40,774 nt of DNA, from positions 1 to 40,774 of IMG/VR virus record IMGVR_UViG_3300017903_002336. The stretch is one strand, 5' to 3'. Of this stretch, positions 34,060-40,774 are shown piece after piece. The notes under the pieces are model-generated. The model was not told the DNA's origin, made no database searches, and saw only the letters and a program-made list of their open reading frames with translations. This stretch comes from a virus. Lineage: Duplodnaviria > Caudoviricetes. The first letter of the stretch is position 1, and each line of letters begins with the position of its first letter. A program made the position numbers and the translations under genes.

Positions 34060-36623
34060 GATCCCATTCCTCTGTCGATGTTTTCTAATGCGTTAATAAG
34101 TGGTTCAATCTTCTTTCTCTTTGTCTTATTAAGACTATCAGGGTTCATGATTTCATCTTCACTAAATCCACTTGTTTTTACATAACTAGATACTAATTTT
34201 TTTCTCAAGGAATTAACATATTCTTTTGATTGTGGAGTTAGTTCTGTCTTCTGAAATCCAGGAGAGAATGCATCTTTACCTCCACTTACTGAAGCAGTAT
34301 CCAATGACAACATACTCAATATAGCGTTTGCTGTGTCATTGTCAATGTTATTTTTATCTGAGTATGTCAATCTTGTATCATACTTTCTACCAGGTGTGAG
34401 AGGAGAATCTCCCTCACCGGTAAGATAATCAACATTCTTTACAATATCTGAGAGGTATTCTTCATATGCTTCTGGACTGTCGGGATTATCAATGTAATTG
34501 TTTCTACTCTTCTTGAATTGTTGATGATACTCATTTGCTTGTTTTATAGCACCTGATTTTTCTTCAGGAGTCAATGTGTCATCAGACATTATAGAGTTCT
34601 GCATATTCAATACAGCACCTGAGGTAGGGGATGTTCCTCCTCTTCCCTTTTCCAATTTACCATCTTTAGAAATAACAAATCTTGCACCAGAATCATAATT
34701 ATTAATAAGATTTCTACCCATGTATTCATTCATTTTAGACTTGTCCACACCAAGACTCTCATTCATGATATCAAAAATACCATTCATTTGATCAGAATTC
34801 ATTTCCTCAATCTTTGTATTAGGTGCTAGTTTTTCTTTACTCAAGAAATCAGACATCTTATTCTGATACTCTTTGTAATTTTCTGGAGTAACCTTAAGTT
34901 TTTGAGATGATTCTGCCCCTAACTTAGATTCAAGATTGGAGTTCACAGAATTCATCACATCATCACTAATCAATGAAGAAACATCTCCACCTAAAGATGG
35001 TGCTAATACAGAGTTGAATGAAGATGCTCTATAACCCTTCTCAAATCTCTCTCTTGTCTTGGAACTTGAAAGATCAGATTCAACACTATCACGTTTTCTT
35101 TTTGCCTGTTCACTGAATTTGTCAAATGATAAATCAGCTCTAGGTTCATTCACCCTTCTTAAAAGCATACCAAAGTTCTCAATGCTATCTTTACCACCAG
35201 ACTTGAGTGGTTGAATATGTTCAACCTGAAATTCTCCAGGGGATCTTCTTTGACCACTAAGTGCATATGCATCTCTACCATCTTGCATTCCCCACATATG
35301 CAATGCTGCTGACCCTCTTATAGGATTTGCAGTCTTTCCCTGTTTATCTTTTTCATTTGGATTATAAAAAGTTTTTGGAGAACCACTCTTTGAAATAAAA
35401 TCTCTTGATGGTGTTGGAAGAACACTAAAAACTGCATCTGTTACAACTGGATCTAATCCATCTAAAGGAGATTGAGTTTCAGAAGAAAGATTGAATGCCT
35501 TAGTCTGAATACCAGATGGATCAAGTTCCTTTAAGTCATCTCTTTCTGCAATGTGGTTTGCCTCATAAAAACCAAGATTACTACCAATCAATTCATGACT
35601 TTCACCTTTTTTCCATTGACCATCATCTCCTATGAAAGAACTAATTAATTGGTATGCATCATAAAACTGTTTTACTTGTTCTTCATTATTAACATCAATA
35701 CCAGCATCACCAAGTAACATACTAACTGACTTAGAACTTGACTTTGTAAGGGGGATTTGTTCTAAGTAATTACCACTCTCAATTGCTTCCATCATTTGAT
35801 TCACTTTTGTTCTGTCATTTCCTTTTGCAATTGACTTACTCAAAGTGTTCAATCCAGTTCTATATTCAGAATCTTTTGAATAGTGATCTAAGAATCGTTT
35901 CTGTGCTTCTCTACCTTTATCAAATCTACTATCATTCACATCAGTATTTGAAATATCTGATACTCTCTGAATTGACTCTTCAGTTGCAACATCAATATCA
36001 CCATTACTAATGGAATTATCAAAATTCTTACCCTCTTCCATGCGTTGATCAACTATAGCCTGATCAACTGTCTTAAACTCCTCAGGTTCTCTCTGTGGTT
36101 CATCATCTCTTATATCAGAGAGTAAATCATCAAGACCCTCTGGTTCTTGAGTTTCCATATCCATCTCAAGTTCATCTTGAGCTATCATATCATCAGCTTG
36201 TTGAGAAACCTGCTTCTTACGTGCCGGACTCTGAACTGACCCTCGACCACGAGAGAGTTGTTTTACTACTTCCTTCTTGTTACCAGAACTCAATACAGTT
36301 TCAGTAGGACCACCAGGAACAACCCTACCCATCTGATTTGATACGGGTGGTTCTTCTATTCCTACAGGTTCTTCTTGTGAAGGAACTTCTTGTTTAAATT
36401 GTGAATAAGTTTTTGGTTCTTGAGCCTTAGGCTCTCTTTCTTGTTTCGTAGGTTCTTCAATCTCCACAAAACGAATACCATCCGCTCTATATCTTTTACC
36501 AGTTTTTGGGTCACCCCAAACTCCTCTGGAACGATACTCATAACCAAGTTCAGCTGCCCGTTCTGAGGTAGTGGACTCCAGAAGTTTTCTAGAGTCCTTT
36601 AGGTATTTAAATACATCTTTCAT
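34056..36623 (-). CDS. 855-aa protein with central HNH nuclease domain
   Basis: QDGRDAY...VEHIQPLKSGGKDSIENFGMLLRRVN at about 35124-35303; N-terminal module shared with cytidyltransferase. Confidence 0.8.
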   Translation of the reverse strand: MKDVFKYLKDSRKLLESTTSERAAELGYEYRSRGVWGDPKTGKRYRADGIRFVEIEEPTKQEREPKAQEPKTYSQFKQEVPSQEEPVGIEEPPVSNQMGRVVPGGPTETVLSSGNKKEVVKQLSRGRGSVQSPARKKQVSQQADDMIAQDELEMDMETQEPEGLDDLLSDIRDDEPQREPEEFKTVDQAIVDQRMEEGKNFDNSISNGDIDVATEESIQRVSDISNTDVNDSRFDKGREAQKRFLDHYSKDSEYRTGLNTLSKSIAKGNDRTKVNQMMEAIESGNYLEQIPLTKSSSKSVSMLLGDAGIDVNNEEQVKQFYDAYQLISSFIGDDGQWKKGESHELIGSNLGFYEANHIAERDDLKELDPSGIQTKAFNLSSETQSPLDGLDPVVTDAVFSVLPTPSRDFISKSGSPKTFYNPNEKDKQGKTANPIRGSAALHMWGMQDGRDAYALSGQRRSPGEFQVEHIQPLKSGGKDSIENFGMLLRRVNEPRADLSFDKFSEQAKRKRDSVESDLSSSKTRERFEKGYRASSFNSVLAPSLGGDVSSLISDDVMNSVNSNLESKLGAESSQKLKVTPENYKEYQNKMSDFLSKEKLAPNTKIEEMNSDQMNGIFDIMNESLGVDKSKMNEYMGRNLINNYDSGARFVISKDGKLEKGRGGTSPTSGAVLNMQNSIMSDDTLTPEEKSGAIKQANEYHQQFKKSRNNYIDNPDSPEAYEEYLSDIVKNVDYLTGEGDSPLTPGRKYDTRLTYSDKNNIDNDTANAILSMLSLDTASVSGGKDAFSPGFQKTELTPQSKEYVNSLRKKLVSSYVKTSGFSEDEIMNPDSLNKTKRKKIEPLINALENIDRGMGS

Positions 36624-36638
36624 CAGAGCTTCAATATA

Positions 36639-37865
36639 TCAGTCTTCCCAGGAATCAACCTTTGTCTGAATGGCTTCCAGTTCTGCTTCAGAGAAAAGTT
36701 CAAAATCTTCACCCATATTAAGTTGTCTTTTCTCATTAGGGGTCAAAGCACCTCTCTGTGCTGCTCTTGCCCTTTGCTTTTTGATAACATTTGGATCATT
36801 AGACCTAAATCTAGAACCAGACCCACCAGAAGAAGCAGTATCGCGGAAGTCACCTCTTTGCTTTCTAGCAAGATTAGATCTCTGCTGAGCAGCTTTTTTA
36901 TTACCAAAGGTTGGTTTATTTTCTAGTTCAGTTGCTCTATCGGCAGACTCACCGCCACCAGCACGTTTACGGAATTCGGTTTCGTCATAACCACGTTTTG
37001 CCATCGCAGTTGCCTCATCAATACTATCCTCACACTTCTCACATCCTTTACCACCACAGTTCTCACACTTACCTTTCTTACCCATTGCCTTACCAATGGC
37101 CTTACGACGATTCATCAGGTAATCATCAGAAGAATCCTTATCTCCATCATTATCAATATCACCATCTTCCTTACCTACAGGATCCATATGCTTCTTCTCA
37201 TAGATGGATGCATATGCATCACCCCATCCCTTACGGATATTGGAGACTTCTTCTGATCTCATACTTCCTGTAGGACCATCTCCAAAGTGAGGGTTATTCA
37301 TAGAACCCTTCTTCTTCATATCCTCACGAGCCTTCTCATTATTGGCTTGTCTCTTCTCCATATCTTTCTCAAGATATGACTTGTCAGCTTTCTCAACTAA
37401 CTGAAGAATAAGATTCTTGACATTCAGTGACTCTTGTGCTACCAACTGATTATGAGTTCTCTTAATTCTCTTCTCTTGATTGAATCTTGCAGACCAAGAC
37501 TCTTGAAGTTTCTTATTATTTCTATATTTTGAAAACTCTTCAATAGCAATTGATGGTGCTTTGGAAGTAATGGTTTTGAATACTTTATAGAATGATTCGC
37601 ACAGTCTTTCAATCTTCTTCTGTCTACCTACAATATTTGAATCAACAAACATCTCACTGAAGATTGTTAATACAGACTCAACAGAGTATCCTTCATCAAA
37701 CATTTCTTGAACGATGCTCTCTGCAATCTCTTCAAGGTCTGAATCATCCAGAGAAGAAAGATTCATTTCACTGATAGGGTCTCTATCTGAATTGAGTTTC
37801 TCCTTTGCTTCAGTATTATGGACAGCCAAGTAAGCTTCCATAAAGTTACGCATTGATGAAGACAT
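36639..37865 (-). CDS. Probable internal head polyprotein with DxDxDG loop and CxxCxGxGCxxC
   Basis: Late promoter; many hydrophobic-x-E sites; DIDNDGDKDSSD; CENCGGKGCEKC. Confidence 0.72.
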   Translation of the reverse strand: MSSSMRNFMEAYLAVHNTEAKEKLNSDRDPISEMNLSSLDDSDLEEIAESIVQEMFDEGYSVESVLTIFSEMFVDSNIVGRQKKIERLCESFYKVFKTITSKAPSIAIEEFSKYRNNKKLQESWSARFNQEKRIKRTHNQLVAQESLNVKNLILQLVEKADKSYLEKDMEKRQANNEKAREDMKKKGSMNNPHFGDGPTGSMRSEEVSNIRKGWGDAYASIYEKKHMDPVGKEDGDIDNDGDKDSSDDYLMNRRKAIGKAMGKKGKCENCGGKGCEKCEDSIDEATAMAKRGYDETEFRKRAGGGESADRATELENKPTFGNKKAAQQRSNLARKQRGDFRDTASSGGSGSRFRSNDPNVIKKQRARAAQRGALTPNEKRQLNMGEDFELFSEAELEAIQTKVDSWED

Positions 37866-37870
37866 CTGTT

Positions 37871-38086
37871 CTACAAGTTACTTTCTATATCTTTATTTAT
37901 ATCCTCTAACTGTTTCCTTTCATTTTCATATATTGAGGATGGATTGTTATAGATTTGTAATCCCTCTCCAATACCAGGTATTAACCATTGATCTACTCTA
38001 TAACAATACTTCCAATTTATAGGTTGAATACAATTAAAAACAACTACTGTCCAAAATGCTATAAAGTAATTAAGTATCGTGTACAT
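37871..38086 (-). CDS. Hypothetical membrane protein
   Basis: Hydrophobic N-terminus, Cys pair. Confidence 0.7.
   Translation of the reverse strand: MYTILNYFIAFWTVVVFNCIQPINWKYCYRVDQWLIPGIGEGLQIYNNPSSIYENERKQLEDINKDIESNL
37894..37901 (-). promoter_or_regulatory. T4 late promoter TATAAATA
   Basis: Exact consensus 28 nt before ATG 37865. Confidence 0.8.
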
Positions 38087-38261
38087 GTTGTTTCCACACT
38101 ATCTGATGAGCCATCTTATCTCTTAACTTGTTAATTCTCTCATCATTGAAGTGTGCAAAGTTAGGATATTTCTCGACCTTCTTATAATAATGAAGTGCGT
38201 TAAGAATAATAGTATAATCCTCAATAGAGAGTTCAAAATTTAAAAAAGAAGAATTAGTCAC
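38070..38261 (-). CDS. Hypothetical protein
   Basis: Overlapping start/stop packing. Confidence 0.65.
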   Translation of the reverse strand: MTNSSFLNFELSIEDYTIILNALHYYKKVEKYPNFAHFNDERINKLRDKMAHQIVWKQHVHDT

Positions 38262-38524
38262 AACTTACCACCAACAATCCCACTGTTAACAATTCTTACT
38301 GAACCCTCTGGCCAACCCTCTTGTTCATACTTCAAATGCTTTCTAGTACAAGATACAACACCTTCTTTTGTACCTCCAGTCAACAAACGACGACCATCGG
38401 TAGTCATTGATGAGAAACATCCGAACCGAGTCTTCCAGACGTAAAATGTTTCATCAATCATTTCTGCATTATCTGGTACTTGAAAGACTGCTTCAAGTTT
38501 TTCGATACTCTCACTATTAATCAT
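38258..38524 (-). CDS. Hypothetical protein
   Basis: Packed ORF ending VGGKL. Confidence 0.75.
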   Translation of the reverse strand: MINSESIEKLEAVFQVPDNAEMIDETFYVWKTRFGCFSSMTTDGRRLLTGGTKEGVVSCTRKHLKYEQEGWPEGSVRIVNSGIVGGKL

Positions 38525-38756
38525 AAAATCCTTTCTCTTTCATAAACTGTAATGCTTGTTTCATATCACCTATGTGATGAACACCAATGGTGACTTGAGG
38601 ATATGTAGCCTCTTTACCAAATTCAGACTCAAATGCTCTTTGACTAAAATGATTATTCAATCGATATTCTAAAATTTCAATCTCTAATCTTTTCAGAAGA
38701 GATGTCATTCTCTCACACTCTTGACTACCGTTACTGTAAATTACTGCTGAAGTCAT
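38517..38756 (-). CDS. Glutaredoxin-like protein
   Basis: IYS..SQEC, TYPQV, HIG pattern. Confidence 0.75.
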   Translation of the reverse strand: MTSAVIYSNGSQECERMTSLLKRLEIEILEYRLNNHFSQRAFESEFGKEATYPQVTIGVHHIGDMKQALQFMKEKGFYD

Positions 38757-38916
38757 AGTCGATTACTATTCTTTTATGCGAACTTTTTTTATCTATAACT
38801 GTTACATATCTTGCCTTCCCACCTAAAAGAGACTCAATACTCTTGACAAGATTATCAGCAATTACTTGATCGGTTTTTTTCATTAACTCTTTTTTTCTAT
38901 CATCAGGTTCAGTCAC
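38731..38916 (-). CDS. Hypothetical protein
   Basis: Packed ORF; start uncertain (GTG 38916 chosen). Confidence 0.6.
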   Translation of the reverse strand: MTEPDDRKKELMKKTDQVIADNLVKSIESLLGGKARYVTVIDKKSSHKRIVIDYDFSSNLQ

Positions 38917-39223
38917 GCTGTCTCCAATCATCGGGTTTGTCTTGTTTAAACCAATCTACAATCTCTTCTGCACTATCAAATCCCGTTTTGTAATTGGATG
39001 GGTCGGGATCACCTAATCCCATCCGATTCATAAAATCGTCCATACTTCCTTCTTCAATTTCTTGAGAAGATTGTCTTCTGGCTTTCTTCAACATTTCATT
39101 AGCTGTGGTATTGGCCTTAGCAAGTTTTTGTGCCCATACCATATCTTCAAGTTTTACCTCTTCCTTGTTTACAATCTTCTTACAGATAAACTCCAATCGG
39201 AGTCTGTATTGAGTGGACAGCAT
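38909..39223 (-). CDS. Hypothetical protein (MLSTQYRLRLE...)
   Basis: ATAAATA core upstream; intact 104-aa ORF. Confidence 0.8.
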   Translation of the reverse strand: MLSTQYRLRLEFICKKIVNKEEVKLEDMVWAQKLAKANTTANEMLKKARRQSSQEIEEGSMDDFMNRMGLGDPDPSNYKTGFDSAEEIVDWFKQDKPDDWRQRD

Positions 39224-39245
39224 ATTATTTTACCCTCTGGGATAT

Positions 39246-39455
39246 TTATTCTTCAGGATTATCCTTTTTATTGAATCCAAATGGTCCTTCCTTTTCATCA
39301 AGTGCAAGTTTCAATGCAACTCCACCAACAGCCTCCATCACTTTCAGGATGTCCTCAGCCTTTGCACCCTCTCCAAGTTCTTTTGCAATGTACCAATACT
39401 TAGGCCAGAATGTTTCACCAGCCTTTTCATAATCTTCCAATGTGAGTAGTTTCAT
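39246..39455 (-). CDS. Hypothetical protein
   Basis: ATGA overlap with methyltransferase stop. Confidence 0.75.
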   Translation of the reverse strand: MKLLTLEDYEKAGETFWPKYWYIAKELGEGAKAEDILKVMEAVGGVALKLALDEKEGPFGFNKKDNPEE

Positions 39456-40570
39456 AGTTTTGATAATACTTGTTCGTAAATACTTTCTGCAATTGCTTTC
39501 ATCATAAGTGGGGGAACCATTCTACCAATTCTTTCTGTTTGTTGTGAATGTGAACCGGTAAGAATGAAGTCATCAGGAAGTGATTGAATGCGTTTGAGTT
39601 CTGGAACTGTCAGAACCCTATCCTCATTCCAGTGTATCAGACCTCCACTGGCTGTCAAGGTAGGAGATGGTTTGTAAAAAGATGCTCTCTTGGTATTGAA
39701 ACAATGTCCTTTCTCGTGATAGTCCATACCACTTAGAACTCTAGTTGGATTCTTTGGCATCTTCTGAATCACCTTCTGATAGATACCACTATTCAACATA
39801 TGTTCTGTGAGAGTTTTTACATTTTCAGGATCATTTTCTACACCACCAATAATATCACCAATGGTTGTTTCCCTTGATGATCTATCAGGAAACAATGATG
39901 ATACTGTCAATACATTCAGACCTAGTTTATCTGCAATGTCCTGACGAACTGCAATAAAGATAAGTCTTTCCCTTCCTTGACCAATACCAAAGTATGATGC
40001 TTTCATTACCCTTGATGTAATGAGATAACCAATATCCTCAAAGGCGTTGGTTATCATAGCATAATACTTCTTTGCCTCTCCAACTGTCAAACCCTTGACA
40101 TTCTCACCAACAATAACTTTTGGTTGAATACCTTTCGCTACACGGATAAATTCAAAGAACAAGTCTTCAATATTCTCAACCTTCTTACCATCAGAATAGT
40201 TCTTGGTCTTACCCCAACCATCGGAGTGTTTAGCACCTTCTCCACGACACATAGACCCTGCTACAGAGAATGCAGAGCAAGGTGGTGAACCATCAAGAAT
40301 ATCAAGTTCACGAGGTTTCAATCCAGTGATCTTGAGAAAATCTCCACCAACTAATTGTTTAATATCATCGGGAACAATATGTGTCGATGGATAGTTTGCT
40401 GAATAAGTATTTCTTGCTTCCTCTACAAACTCATTGATACACAGAATTTTTCCACCAGCAAGACGATAACCGGTAGAGGATCCTCCCCCACCGGCGAAAG
40501 TAGAAATGACGGTGAACTTTTCTTGAGCCTCACCGTCATAAACATCTTGTAATTTATAAGGAAATGTCAT
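39452..40570 (-). CDS. dcm: C5 cytosine DNA methyltransferase
   Basis: FAGGGG, GSPPC, ENV, Q.RER, E..RIQ..PD, G..VPP. Confidence 0.93.
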   Translation of the reverse strand: MTFPYKLQDVYDGEAQEKFTVISTFAGGGGSSTGYRLAGGKILCINEFVEEARNTYSANYPSTHIVPDDIKQLVGGDFLKITGLKPRELDILDGSPPCSAFSVAGSMCRGEGAKHSDGWGKTKNYSDGKKVENIEDLFFEFIRVAKGIQPKVIVGENVKGLTVGEAKKYYAMITNAFEDIGYLITSRVMKASYFGIGQGRERLIFIAVRQDIADKLGLNVLTVSSLFPDRSSRETTIGDIIGGVENDPENVKTLTEHMLNSGIYQKVIQKMPKNPTRVLSGMDYHEKGHCFNTKRASFYKPSPTLTASGGLIHWNEDRVLTVPELKRIQSLPDDFILTGSHSQQTERIGRMVPPLMMKAIAESIYEQVLSKL

Positions 40571-40773
40571 GAGAAATTATTCTTATACTGTGTAGTGTAA
40601 TATTTTTTTGGATTTTCGACAACATCTTCATATAGAGACTTGATACCCATACCATCTTGAAATGCTACCTTTTTTCTATCAATAATATTGTCAGGTAGTC
40701 TACCTCTAAAAGCTTCTTGAAGAATTGCTTTAGGTCTTGACTTCCCCTCCCAAACAATATCTTGAGGAAGACC
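40567..40773 (-). CDS. asnB: Asparagine synthetase-like protein, C-terminal fragment (cut by window edge)
   Basis: KAILQEAFRGRLPDNIIDRKKVAFQDG; ATGA overlap with methyltransferase. Confidence 0.75.
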   Translation of the reverse strand, partial: GLPQDIVWEGKSRPKAILQEAFRGRLPDNIIDRKKVAFQDGMGIKSLYEDVVENPKKYYTTQYKNNFS

Positions 40774-40774
40774 A

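Noticed and set aside
34056-36623. Cas9 or IscB call for the 855-aa protein
   Set aside because: No RuvC motifs, bridge helix, array or adjacent non-coding space; only the HNH resembles Cas9
1-40774. CRISPR array, integrase, transposase, reverse transcriptase or stop-codon recoding
   Set aside because: No spaced repeats or such motifs seen; genes read intact in the standard code and no suppressor tRNA is present

Overview
A 40.8 kb segment of an AT-rich T4-like cyanomyovirus genome, probably infecting marine Synechococcus; nearly all genes are on the minus strand. Left to right: pstS and a small beta-barrel-like protein behind Pho-box-like repeats; a lone plus-strand operon of three signal-peptide proteins; small membrane proteins, two hli genes, petF and a second beta-barrel paralog; a 15-gene glycan island (GT25, three GT11, GT7C, GT92, GT2, GT17, NodZ-like, four NAD-dependent epimerases, RfbH-like dehydratase, methyltransferases) preceded by a manA/wcaG-type RNA; a 9-tRNA array containing small ORFs and an unassigned four-stem RNA; a lysozyme-like protein, GIY-YIG nuclease, nrdB, nrdA and primase; a late block of probable head-packaged proteins including a cytidyltransferase-like enzyme and an 855-aa HNH protein; small hypotheticals, a C5 DNA methyltransferase and the end of an asnB-like gene. 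Best leads: (1) the plus-strand operon (two paralogous secreted subunits plus a possible channel), (2) an N-terminal module shared by the cytidyltransferase and the HNH protein, (3) the structured RNA between tRNA-Ala and tRNA-Asn. All calls are by eye; no searches or folding programs were run.
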